This document shows, piece by piece, positions 1 through 20,345 of a DNA stretch of 64,000 bases (positions within the stretch are counted from its first letter, which is position 1; every line of letters begins with the position of its first letter). The stretch covers positions 6,709,552 to 6,773,551 of the forward strand of contig CM119269.1 of the NCBI GenBank assembly GCA_051294375.1. The letters are read 5' to 3'. The position numbers were made by a program, and so were the translations under genes. The notes under the pieces are model-generated. The model had not been told where the DNA came from and did no database searches. It saw nothing but the letters and a program-made list of their open reading frames with translations. This stretch comes from Paraspadella gotoi. Taxonomy: Eukaryota; Animalia; Chaetognatha.

Positions 1-8268
<8,268 letters not shown>

Positions 8269-8306
8269 TCTCGATGCTTTTTTGTTTTCCACTAAAACGG
8301 GCGATT

Positions 8307-8312
8307 AATAAA
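8307..8312 (+). promoter_or_regulatory. Candidate polyadenylation signal of the GATA gene
   Basis: AATAAA about 40 nt after the stop; a second one at 8471. Confidence 0.4.
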
Positions 8313-8848
8313 GAGAACGTCTGCTGCCCTCTTCAGAACTACTCTTGTCGCGCTAGTCATTGTCAAACAAACGCCCGTCTACTTCGTCTGTGTTTTGCGT
8401 TTTGCTCAATATCTATATATATATAACTTGTAATTCATTGCTTGACAAATCTGAGGAAAAAAACTTTCAGAATAAACTAGTTTACTAACTTCCTTTTCCT
8501 CATCAACCATTGTGCAATTTCATGGAATTGATTGGTGCCATCCTTATGGTGATTAACTAGTTTATTGAAAAGTTGTAAAAAGAGATTCGGTTTCTTTATT
8601 GTTCGTGATTGTGAAGAATAATAAATAATAAATTTGTTATCTTTATCAATAATTACATTTTCGAACATTCCAAAAATTATTTGGGGAAAATAGTAAGCTT
8701 TCAGACACATGACTTTACTTGTTAGTTTTTTATAAACACGATCGAAAACTTTTTAAGAAAAACAACCGAGTAGAAGTATTCTTTATTCTCTTTTTTTACT
8801 TTTTTTTTTACTTTTTTACTTTTTTTATAATCCAATTTTTTTTTAAAA

Positions 8849-11800
8849 ATGGCATCGAAACAACGCGGCGTCAAAGCCGGCGTAGTAAGCGTCAAGGGCG
8901 GCGTCCACGGCGTCGTGCGACGCAATCGCCCATCGCAAACGTCGCGTATCGTAACGCCCTTCAACATCGCGCACGTCTGCACGAATCACGGGCGACGACT
9001 ACCGGCGGACTCGAGACGCAAGACGCGCGGTGATGACGCCGGATCGGCGAACGTCTCAGTCAACCGCTCGAGGGGACGCGACGCCGCACGCCACGCAGCG
9101 GAGCAAGACGCCGCGCGACGCGCCGAAAGATCCTCCAACAGCAACGCCAGCGGGTGCTTGGCTCACTGGCCGGCGTTCACGTCACCCCTCTGCACGCCGT
9201 ACGGGAAGCAGCCCGGACATGAGGACAAACACGCGGACGTTGAGCGTCAAAGCAATCGCAACGCTTCGAGGCCCGCGCCCAATTCCGGTTTCTGGGTTGT
9301 TTTTGTTTGTTTTTGTTTTATCTGTTTTTTTGTTTTTTTATTTTTTTGGTTTTTTTTGTTGTTTTTTTGTTGTTTTTTTTGTTTATTTATTTTTTTTAGG
9401 TGAGCTAACTGGTAAAATTGTTTTAGTGTATTTAATCACATTGTGATTCACAAGTTTCTTTAGTTTCTTTAGTTTTGGTTTCACGTTCTATCCCCGCTCC
9501 ACGCCCGCTTCACGCCCCCTCTATCATTCCCTTTTCCCTCAACACCTTTTTTCAAAGTTTCCCGCCGCATCGACCCCATCGTCTACGTCGACCCCACCAC
9601 CGCCTCCGTTTCCGGCGCCGCGCCCACTTCCGGTCGAATCCGCCCCGATCGCGCGGGCGGCGCGATAGGCACCACCTTCGGCCCCGGGCGTCGCGTGCCG
9701 CGCGACCGGAACCGAAACAACACCGCCTCGGTAAACTTCGCCATCGACAGTACCGAAGCCTCGGAATCTTCTTTCGAGATGAGCACCGCCCCTTCCAAAC
9801 CGGCGAGCCGACATTCCAAGCCGAACAGCATCGGTCCGTCCAAGCCGACGAGCGGACTCAGCGCGAATAGAGTGTCGGGCGACAGAATTCGAGATGGGAG
9901 ATCGCAGTCCGGGAAGTCGGTCTCCGGTCAAGGTAGTGTTGAGAATCGAATTGACACGGTTGACGGATGCTCTTTTTTTGTTGACTAGGGTGGAGCTCTC
10001 GGGAACAAAAACTTTATTTGAGTCAAATAACAATAATGATTTTAAGTAAAATATTATGAATTTCGAATACAAAATAAAAAATTTTAAAGTGCATAATTTT
10101 TTTAAATTACATTAATTACAATGCTACTGAGCTACTTAACCGCTGTACGTTAGGGTGGAGTGATGAAAAGATTGAGCAATTGTATAATAATAAATAATTA
10201 AACCCTTTTTAGAATAAATTTTTTATAACAGTATCATAAATTAAATTTTCTTTATAGTAATATCTTAATAAAATTATAAAATTGTAAATTAATTTTTTTT
10301 TTTAATTTTAAGAAGTTTCGGATTCGCCAAAAAAAATAAAGACGTAAAATGTAAAACATAAAATATGTTTATATTTTTATGTTAAAGCTGCGAAAAATCA
10401 GTAAAATGTTTCATCATAAACTAATTTATACTTTCTACTACTATTAGTGAAAAAGTGGAAGATTTTTATCTTTTTTGTCGTTTTTGAATTTTTGATAACA
10501 TGTTATATTTTTTTGGTGTTTTTTTTTTGTATTTTATGATACTGTTCCCCAAACAATATGAGCCAAATATTTTTTGTGCTCGATAATCATACTAACTCAC
10601 GTTCAAGTATTTTTGTTTGTTCGCTTGTTTGTTCACTCAAATACAACTTTTGTTCCCGAGAGCTCCACTCTATTGTGGGTGTCAGGTCAACGGAATCGCA
10701 CAACCGCCAACCAACTCCCTCAGGTTCTCGTTTGAGCGCGGAGCGATCCCGTTCGGGCGGCGACAAACTCAAGAAGAGAAGCTCGTCGCAAACAAGGAGC
10801 GGTAACGTCAACTCTCGTCCCGGTGGAGACTCCAACATCAACGCCACCTGTCTCTGCGCCACCGAGGACAAGAAAATAGACAAAAACTGGACCGTGAACA
10901 TCGGTAATTCGTCGTTGTTGTTGTTGTTGCTTTGCTTTGCTTTGCTTTTCCTCTTTCTTTTGATGTTTAAAATCACAATTGTGACTATAAATACATATTG
11001 CAGTATTTTACCAAATAATATTTGTTACCTTCAATTTTAAAAGTTGATTTATTGTTATGAAATTTCGCCCAATGAAGTGAAAAAAAACTATAACAACCTA
11101 TAAGTAATTCTATATCTTTTGTACTGCATATTGCATACTGCATACTGTTGTAACGAAAATTAAATAAAAGAAATGAAAAACGTTTCCGACGAAACGTAAA
11201 TTATCATTTCAAATTTCTCTCTCCCCATTTTCATCTCCCTCGTCATTCCTCTGCAAATCCCCCCCCCCCCTCGACCCCTCATCCTACGCAGGTCCTCCTC
11301 CCTTACCCGACGATTGGGACGACGAATACATGGACTGCGGCGACTCACCCTGGTTCTGGTACCGCGACGCCGTCTGGGGCTGCGAGGAGTACGACTTCGA
11401 CATCGACGAAGTCAGGCGGATGTACAAGGAGTACGTGGACGCGGAAGCCGCCGCCAGGGGATATCCGAAGAAGAAGAGGGCCATCGACGGGGAGATCACG
11501 CAAAGGTGAGTGGGTGGGGGAGTGAGGGAGAAAGGGTAAGTTGGTGAGGCTCAATGAGGATGAAGCGTGCGATGTTAATCGAAAGAGCAGAAGGCATTTG
11601 AATTGAGCAAGAGTTAATCGCCTCACTCGTGAGGGAGGTAAGGGAACGGGAGGAACGAGAAAGGGGCGCGCAGGACAGTCGAAGGTAAGTTGATGGAAAT
11701 AGGAAATGAAAAGAAAGATGATCGAATGAAAAAAAATAAAAGTAAATTCAAGTTACGATGTTAACTTCCAGACAAGGGGGAACCGAGGGAGAAGAAGTTC

Positions 11801-13576
11801 CACAAATCGACGTCTTCAAAACTGGACCCAATTTCACCGTCGCTTGGGAACATCCGAGTAAGAAAAAAAAATTGTTATTCGATTGCAGTCATTAGTTCTC
11901 TAATCGTCTTTCATTGTGAAAGATTAATAGTTTTGTCTTCCTTGTAAAAAAAAAACAACAAAAAAAAAAAAACAAAAAGCAAAAGGGAAAGAACTTCCGT
12001 TTTACTCGTCTGGGGAATCTTTGTCGCGATCATCAGGGTCACAAAATGTTGTCCTTTACATTTCTATCCTCTTTGGTTCCGGCGCGTTTGATGTCTTCTT
12101 CCTCATCGTCCACGTTTTAGAAAATGTTCTCTCAACTCTCCCCCCCCGCCCCCCCCCGCCCCCGCCAAAGACAATCACCCCTTCTACCTCGTGGTGGTCT
12201 ACCCTCCATTGGGCGGCGCCGGAGGTGGTCGCGCCCAGGGCCCCGACTGCGGACCCTGCGCCGCCGACCCCGAGTGTCTCTGCAGCCAAAGGCCCATTTG
12301 GCGACGTCTGGTCTCCGGCAACACGACCGAAGTCAAGTTCCCTGGGAATCTGTTGAAGAAGGACGAGAACCACGTCATCGAAGGCGAGTTTTGTTGGGGG
12401 GGGGAACGAGTGGTTTAGTTTTGTAGGGAGGGGGTGGTCGAGTGGTAATTCATTTGGGGGTCGACACGGTTATCGATACGTCGGTGCTGTTCGTGGCATC
12501 AGGTTCTACGATACTTTACTTCTTCTTTCTAAAATTGTTTCTCCGAATTCGAGAGTAAACGGGTAAACGTCGTTGCGTCAGAATGGATCACGCGTGAATT
12601 TGCGTGAACCTTTGGGGAAGTTAATGACGCGGGAAAAAAAGTGAAAATTACCCGCGATGTTACAAAAAATCTACAAATTTACGATCCCTCCGTCGGTGAA
12701 GAGTTCACGAGCTCGTTTTGAGATCACGTGATTTTTAAAGGAAATGTTAACTGCGTTTTTCTGATCGGACGAGGGAAAGAGGGAATGGAGGGGAAAGAGA
12801 GGGAAGTGTGGGAAAGGGTGAAAATGGGGAAGTGTGAGAAGGGAGGAGTGGCAGGAGTGTGGAAGGGAGGAGTGAGAAAGGGGGGGAAGTGTGGGAAGGG
12901 GGAAGTGAGGAAGGGGAGGTAGGGGGAGAATGTGGGAAGGAAGGACTGAGGGAAGGGGGAGAGAGAGCAGGAGAGCAGGAGCCCAGGGTGACGAGGAAAC
13001 TTCCGATGTCATCGATTTTAAAAATATGAGGTTTTATTTGAAATTTTTACGACCACGTTATCCGACGGGAAGATCTTTATTATTTTTTTTTACCTTATTT
13101 ATTTGCGAAATAATTAAGTAATTGAAGAAAAGTTATTGTTTTCATAAACATGAAATAAAGCTGGTTACTAATTAGAAATTAATGAATGTCTGTATTAACG
13201 TTTATCCACGCTACTCTCCAAGTTTGTTCACTGTTAATAACTACTCATTAATTCTATTATAAAAGTTTATTGAATTTTTCGTAAATAAATTCTATCCGAG
13301 AAATAAAAAAAAAACACGATTGAGAAATGAGGACCCATGGAGTAGAGTAAAAAATTCCTCCTTTTTACTCTCAGTCTTCACTATTTTATTTTATTTTATT
13401 CTATTCTATTCTATTCTATTCTATTCTATTCTATTCTATTCTATTCTATTCTATTCTATTCTATTCTATTTTATTCTATTCTATTCTATTCTATTGAGAG
13501 TAAAAATAGGGAAAGAAAAAGAAAAAAAAACAATTATCATAATCTGCTTTCTCTTCGTTTCTCCTCTCTCTCTCTC

Positions 13577-13635
<59 letters not shown>

Positions 13636-14202
13636 AATCCTCTCGCTTCTCCTCTCAACCCTTTCCCCTTTTCTTTCTTCCTTCAATCACGTGACTTAAT
13701 TTTCGCCCCGGATCTAAGGTCAGGCGTGGAATTCGGTAATAACAAAATAACCTGGCCCTAGGGGCCGACAAAACATTTCGTGTTGTAGTTTCGATGAATG
13801 TGATGCGGTAATCGATGCGATGATGCATCTCTTTGAATCGGAATAAAGAATCTATCATGTCTGGCGATGAAGCTTTGGTTTTTGCAATTTGATAAATACT
13901 CTTCTTTAAAGTTTTAAGACACTTTGTGAATTGTTAATTGCTTTCAACAAGACAGCCTCGGTTTTGTTGTGATCTTGCTTGTCGTGATTTTGCATCTTCG
14001 TTTGACTAAACTAAACTAAATTAAATTAATTATAGAATAGAAGTCACAGTGAAATGATTTTCATAATCAGATGTAATTTTAAGAACGGTAATCATTGATA
14101 ATTTAGTTTTATTTTTGACTCTCAGTCGTGACGTTGGATTCTTCAAAGACGGAGAGTCTCGGCTCTTCATTGGTCGTTTTCGAGACTTTCTTGACTCCTT
14201 GA
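8849..14202 (+). CDS. Uncharacterised ~527-aa protein: R/S-rich disordered N-terminus, acidic/aromatic block, PKKKR NLS-like motif, C-terminal fibronectin type III domain
   Basis: Exons 8849-9287, 9558-9932, 10724-10903, 11292-11505, 11772-11857, 12171-12383 (GC donor), 14126-14202 (TGA); all phases join (1584 nt). FN3 pattern PQIDVFKTGPNFTVAWEHP..FYLVVVY..VSGNTTEVKF..LLKKDENHVIEVVTLDSSKTESLGSSLVVFET. Confidence 0.7.
13385..13495. repeat. (ATTCT)n pentanucleotide repeat
   Basis: Visible run. Confidence 0.9.
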
Positions 14203-15211
14203 TTGGACGAATCCAGAAAGCTTTCTTTTCCTCGCGAGGTAAGAAAGATGTTTTTTTTTTCCTCTTGAACCTGAAGAGTGAGAAATTGACATCGTCATAA
14301 AGTTAAAAATATAAATGACAACTTTAAAAATAGCTTAAGTTGATCAGTTTCAAATTATTCGATCCGGTTAGATTTTTCCCCCCCTTTTTTTTGCACTGCG
14401 TTTCAGGAATGTTGTTTGGTAATTGTTTGAAATGGTTTGAACTTTCAATTTTAGTTTCTTTACATTATGCATTTATAAAAAGAGATAAAATTAGTGCGAA
14501 TAAATGAGTAAATGCTAGCATTGCAATTTGTGGTGGTAAGAATTCGAATAATGCTTTATTTCTTAAAACGAGTCAAACGCTAGAATGAAGGAATTAATGA
14601 TTAATTGGACGAATGATGATTTCGAATCGCGATTTACTATAAATACAAGAACTAAAGAAGTTAATTTTAGTGAAATGAATCTTTGGATAGGGAGGGAAAG
14701 AACTGGTGAACAAAAAGGTTAATAATTTCGGTTGCTGCATACTTAGGCATTCTAGAAACCCAAATGTATAAATTAATCTACGTCCGTCTCTAACATCCGT
14801 ACTACAGTGTCTCTATCCTCACACTGTCAGTTTCACCGTCGAGTGTCGATTCATTATCGGTCACACTGTCGACTAACTGTAAATGACTCAACAGTCAACA
14901 GTTATTAATTCCAGAAATTTTTTTTTTTTTTTTGCGACTCAGCGAATCGATGGAAGCGGTTGAAGCGACGGAAACGAAGGAGGCGACGCTTCGGCGATCA
15001 ATGAGGGCGTGGTTGTCGGAGGCGCCGTTGTCGTTGGAGGCGGCAACGTTGGAGGCGGCGACGGCGGCGTTGGAGCTAATGGGCGGCGCCTGATCTTCGG
15101 TAACCTAGCTTTATGAGTTGCTGTAGAGGAATTCCATTGGGAGAAAACCGTCATACAGCTAGATAACCAAAGAGGAGGCGTCGTCTCTCTCTCTGTCTCT
15201 CTCTCTGTCTC

Positions 15212-15252
<41 letters not shown>

Positions 15253-16460
15253 CCTTCTTTCGTCGTTGAAGGGCAACCCGGCGAATGACGAGGAGGTTCG
15301 TGGACGCCCCGAAGTTTGCCAGCGTCAAACCGGTTTGACGACGATGACGTTGACGACGACGACGACGACGATGCCGACGACGAAACCAGATGAGAAGAAA
15401 AACGTGTTGAACTCGATTTGGACAAAATTAAAATCCGCTTTTTCGATGACCGAAAATTTGATTGGTTATTCTCATCTTTTGAATTTGTGTTGAGGAATTA
15501 GATCCGTTTTTGAGTCGATGGAGATATTAAAGGAGAGGAAGGGTAAAGAAAAAAAAGAAAAGAAAAGAAAAGAAAAAAATTGAAAAAAAGAAAAAAAAGA
15601 AAAGAAAAAAAGGAAAAGAAAAGAAAAAAAAGAAAAAAAAAGAAAAGAAAAGAAAAAAGGGAAAAAAAAGAAAAAAAGAAAAAGGAAAAATGGGAAAGAA
15701 AAAAAGGAAAAGGAAAAGAAAAGAAAAAAAAAGGAAAAAGAAAACGAAAAGAAGAAAAAAAAGAAAGCGGGAATGGAGAGAAAGAAGTGAATGAAGCCGG
15801 AGAATTGAAGGGAGAGAGAGAGAGAGAGAGAGAGAGCGCCCCGGTTTTTCGCCCAAACCCGTTTCGATAACGACTGGAGGAACAAGTGGGACACCGGAGC
15901 GACTTTGTGGAATTCAGGATTCGATTTCTTGACAATTCTAAATCTAATCACGAACGAAGTTAAAAAGTGAATTAAAATTTAAAATTGAGCGCCGGATAAT
16001 TTAATCAGAGAAAAACAAATATTGTTTTCTAAACTTGTAATTTGAAAATCGCTAGTTTAAAGAGAGTGGATACTTAGGGAAAATATATAATTCAAATAAC
16101 TAACATCATTTTCGCCGTTAATGTTTATTATAAACATAACTTTGAATAACTTTGTTCGTGATACGAAAAAAATTCGTTTTCATTCCGGTTATTTTTTTTT
16201 ATTTCAATATTTGTCATATTGCTGTTTTCTTTTTCTTTTTTTAATTTCATTACAATTTTTAATTACGTATTCTTTTTTGCATCGACGCCTGATGTCGTTG
16301 TTGTTGTTGTTGTTGTTGTTGTGAGAACGTTCGTCACCGTTGAGTGACTAGAGTTGTTGTTATCGTAGTTGTTGTTGTTGTTTTGTTTGAGAGGCGAGAG
16401 TTCGTCTCAATAGTGCGAGATCCATTTTGCCGTCGATGTCATTCTCATATTAATTCGTTG

Positions 16461-16540
16461 CGGATGATGGAGTTGATGTTGTAATCAAGGGATGTCGATG
16501 CGGATGATGGAGTTGATGTTGTAATCAAGGGATGTCGATG
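16461..16540. repeat. Exact 40-bp tandem duplication
   Basis: cggatgatggagttgatgttgtaatcaagggatgtcgatg occurs twice in tandem. Confidence 0.95.
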
Positions 16541-16690
16541 AGAGGCGACGACCTCAACGACGCCTCTGATTTCGTTTCGCGTCGTCGACGTCGTTCGTTT
16601 TGTGTTTTATTGTTTAGCTTTTATGATATGTTGTCCTTGAGAGAGATGGAGGACAATAGAAGGTAATGTTAATGATGGCGATAATGGCGC

Positions 16691-16733
<43 letters not shown>

Positions 16734-17699
16734 GAGAGGGAGAGAGAGAAAGAGGGTTTATTTTTAACGTTGCGTCTTCCTGTACCGATTCTGTCTCGCT
16801 CTCAGTCTCAGTCTCTCTTTCTTTAGCAGCAGAAAACGTTTCTGCCTCAATCTTGATAAATGTTCCTAAATAATCGAGTATCGCGAGGGAAGCTTGTAAC
16901 GAATCGAGTTACGCGACTCGGACGGAAACAAAAGGTGGCGCTGTGACGGAGACAAAGAGGGCGCTGAGAGGGAAAAAAACAAAAGGTTTCGTCGTCGTCG
17001 GCGGCGAAATTCAATTCCGATCATTAAAGTTTTATCCGCGGAAACGAATAGAAAAAAAAAATTCTTTTTTGGGGAAAAGTGATTCTTGGAAACTTTGGGA
17101 AGGGAAATTTTGAAATTTTGATGCTTAGTGGAAAAGAGGATATCCCCTGGACTAATAGGAAATAATGTATTAATTTTATTTTGCATTCCGTAATTTTAAT
17201 TGATAATCATCGCTATGCCGTGCACGACTTTTTCGGACTGATATACAAAAAGCATGATCTCATACTGCCAAGCGCTATTATTTATGATACACGAGATTGT
17301 TTTTTTTTTAATATTATCTTTCCAGTCGTTCTTCTTCGTAATAACCGAAAGAAATAAAAAAGAAAAGAAAAAACAAAACGGCATTCCATGTTTTGGGAAT
17401 AAAATCCCATCTGAATCGTCGAGCCCGCGGCGCAAACCATTGCGAGACAACGATTTTCCGAAACTGGTTTATGCAAATGAGATTGTTGTACCATCCTCGG
17501 AGCAACGGTGATGATGACGACGACGCCCCTAGGTTAGGCGTCGTGAAATTCCCTCAACATTACAACCTGTGAGAGGAATTACGACCCACTTTCCTCGTGA
17601 AAAGTGAAGGTTGGATTGGTGGGTGGTGGAAAGGATAATTTAAGAAGCTATGCGGTTTTAATTGTGTTACGAGGCTTAATACTGCAGAATATCTAGTGC

Positions 17700-18902
17700 T
17701 TGAACAATAAAGCGTAATTAAAATTATATATTTAAATTCAATTAGAATTCTAAAAGTGAGGAACGAACAACATTATACTAATGAACATTTCTGTATAAAA
17801 AAATGTTATTATAAATTTTACATTTACGCAGTAGGCCATATTTATACATAGTAATAAATGGTAAAATTTCAAAATAGTTTTTTGTAAGATTTTTTTGCAT
17901 GAAAAGTTGATATAAAGAAATATAACTTTTTTAAAAAATTATTTCATTTAGTTGGTCAAATATCAGAAAAACCTATATTTTAAGCTGAAAATTAAAATTT
18001 TATTTATTTTTTTAATTTTTTACCCACTTAATGAAAACAATTTTAAAAATGATTTCTATTTTATATTTTGACGAGGAATTCATATCTGTCAAACTTTTAG
18101 AAAGGTCTATTATTGAAATTATTTATATTATTAATAAAGGATAGTACATATATATATATAGCCTAACTGCGAAAAGATTAAAAAGTATAAAATAGATTTT
18201 TTTTGTACAAATTAATTGTTCACATGTATGGGTATCTCATTGTTCATTAATTGACTTTTAGAATTTCATACGCAACTTTCACTATTGAATAAGGCGTAGT
18301 GAAAGTTACATAACGAAAATTCTAAAAGTCAATTAATGAACAACATACCAATCAGTTGAACATTAATTTGTAAAAAAAATTAATTTTATGTTTTTTAATT
18401 TTCGAGTAGGCTATATTTATATATAGTACTAACCTTATAAATCGAAAAATTTGCAAAATAGGCTTTTCTTAAATTTTGATTGCAGATTTGAATTCCTCGA
18501 AAAAGTTGATAAAAGAAAATATAAGTCATTTTTAAAAATTATTTCATTAGTGGGTTAATTAAAAAACTATATTTAATATGAAAAGTTATAATTTTCAGTT
18601 TAAAATATAGCTTTTTCATTTTGACCCATTTAATGAAGGAATTTTGTCAAAAAGAGTTATATTTCTTTTATCAACTTTATGAGCGAATCAAATCTGTGCA
18701 AAAAATCTTAGCAAAAAGCTGTTTTGAAATTTTGAACATTTATTGGTTTAGTACTAGTATAAATATGGCCGACTGCGATAAATTGTAAAATTTATTAAAT
18801 TTTTTTTTATTACATAAATGTTCATTAATATAATGTTGTTCGTTCCTCACTTTAGAATTTTAATTAAGTAAATTTAGAAATTTTCTACGCCTTACTATTG
18901 AA
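17700..18902. mobile_element. AT-rich foldback/MITE-like element made of two ~590-bp palindromic units
   Basis: aattctaaaagtgaggaacgaacaacatt (~17746) is mirrored by aatgttgttcgttcctcactttagaatt (~18832). A central palindrome spans 18241-18343. Related aataaggcgtag-type ends occur at ~17706, ~18288 and, inverted, at ~18885. Confidence 0.75.
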
Positions 18903-20345
18903 CAACTAAAGCGTTTAGTGACGATTTGTAAACCAAGTATCACGGAACCATTCGAACAGCTGTTTCATTTAAGCGTTCACGACTCGCACATCCTAAACGA
19001 CTAAACTAAAATATGTCAACCAACAGCAATTTCTATAATTTACGATCTGTATTTTTTCAGTTTGGACAGTTTCACAGTTTCACACAGCCGACACGAATCG
19101 AAAAAGGAAAGACGGAAAACGATTTCCGATTTCCTCAAATTTCAACTTCTCCGGAAAAGTGCGTCCCTGACCTTTGGCCCTCATTCTAGGTTTTTGGCGG
19201 CGAAACTGGCGCAAAGTTAAAACGAGAGAGAGCGAGAGAGACTAGAGAGAGGGAGAGAGAGAGAGCGAGAGAAGAGAGAAAGAGAGAGGGATAGAGAAAA
19301 TTCCTAAAAAATTGAAGAAATCCCGAAAACTCGAAAAATGGGGTAAACAGTCGAAAAAAAAGTCGGGAGGGCAAATCCCAGAGCCGCGTGTTTCTTGGCG
19401 AAACTAATAAGTCGCCTGAACTCAAAAAACCGCAACGCGTTTTTTGAGTCGATACTTTGAGTGTGGAACACGTCACGTGCTCTAAGCGAAGTTTCTAACA
19501 GGATACAATTTCTGAACCTGCGCGGTACGTACCGAGCTTGACGAGGCTTCCTTCATGACGTTAAATAGAAAACAGTTTGTAATCTGGGAACTGGAGCTCT
19601 TCGTTTACAGAATTCATGACCAAATCAAACATTTAACCCATTAGAACATATTTCTTCTGTTCTTCGTATGAAAGATAAAATTTTAAACAAACATGTTCTC
19701 AAGACTAAACCGGAAGATACGAATTTCAAGCCATTCTAAGAATGATTCTTCTAAATTTGTAACTAATTCTCAGAACCTTGAACCCTCATTCTTCACCAAC
19801 GCGCATCTTTCGACCCGATACCGTTCAAGGGCAATAGGGCATCTTAATTGAATGCTGCAAGAGGGTGAGTTATAAAGGAGGCGACTGGGGCCTTTCTCCT
19901 CTATCCCTTTGTCCCCTGATTCCTAATCTCCCGGAAGATTAATCCGAATAGAGAAAAAAAAGTTTTTGGAAAATACTTTTTGGAAAATACTTTTTGGAAG
20001 GAAAAGATTTGGTTGAGCGAGTTTTTTTCACGGAAACTTTTAATCTGATGGAGTCGACGTTTTGATGAAAACATTTATTTTAAAATTTTATTTTTTATTG
20101 AAAATTGTATAAATTTGTTTTCTTTTAATAGTTTTTTTTTGTGGAAAATTGAAGAAGTTACATTCTCATTTACAATTTGGTTTAAACGAGACAAAAATGT
20201 TATACCATTTTTTATCAGTGAAAGTTTTTACCCATCTTCAGCGTCGCTTTGGCGCTAAAAATACGTGAAAATTCACGAGATATAAAAAATGATAGAGTCA
20301 TTAATTAGAATTACAATTTTAACATTAACCTATTAACCTATTAAC

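Noticed and set aside
19776-19920. HDV-like ribozyme, RNase MRP or telomerase RNA
   Set aside because: No proper P3/L3, no complementary P4 partner for gaaaggcccc, and no telomeric template.
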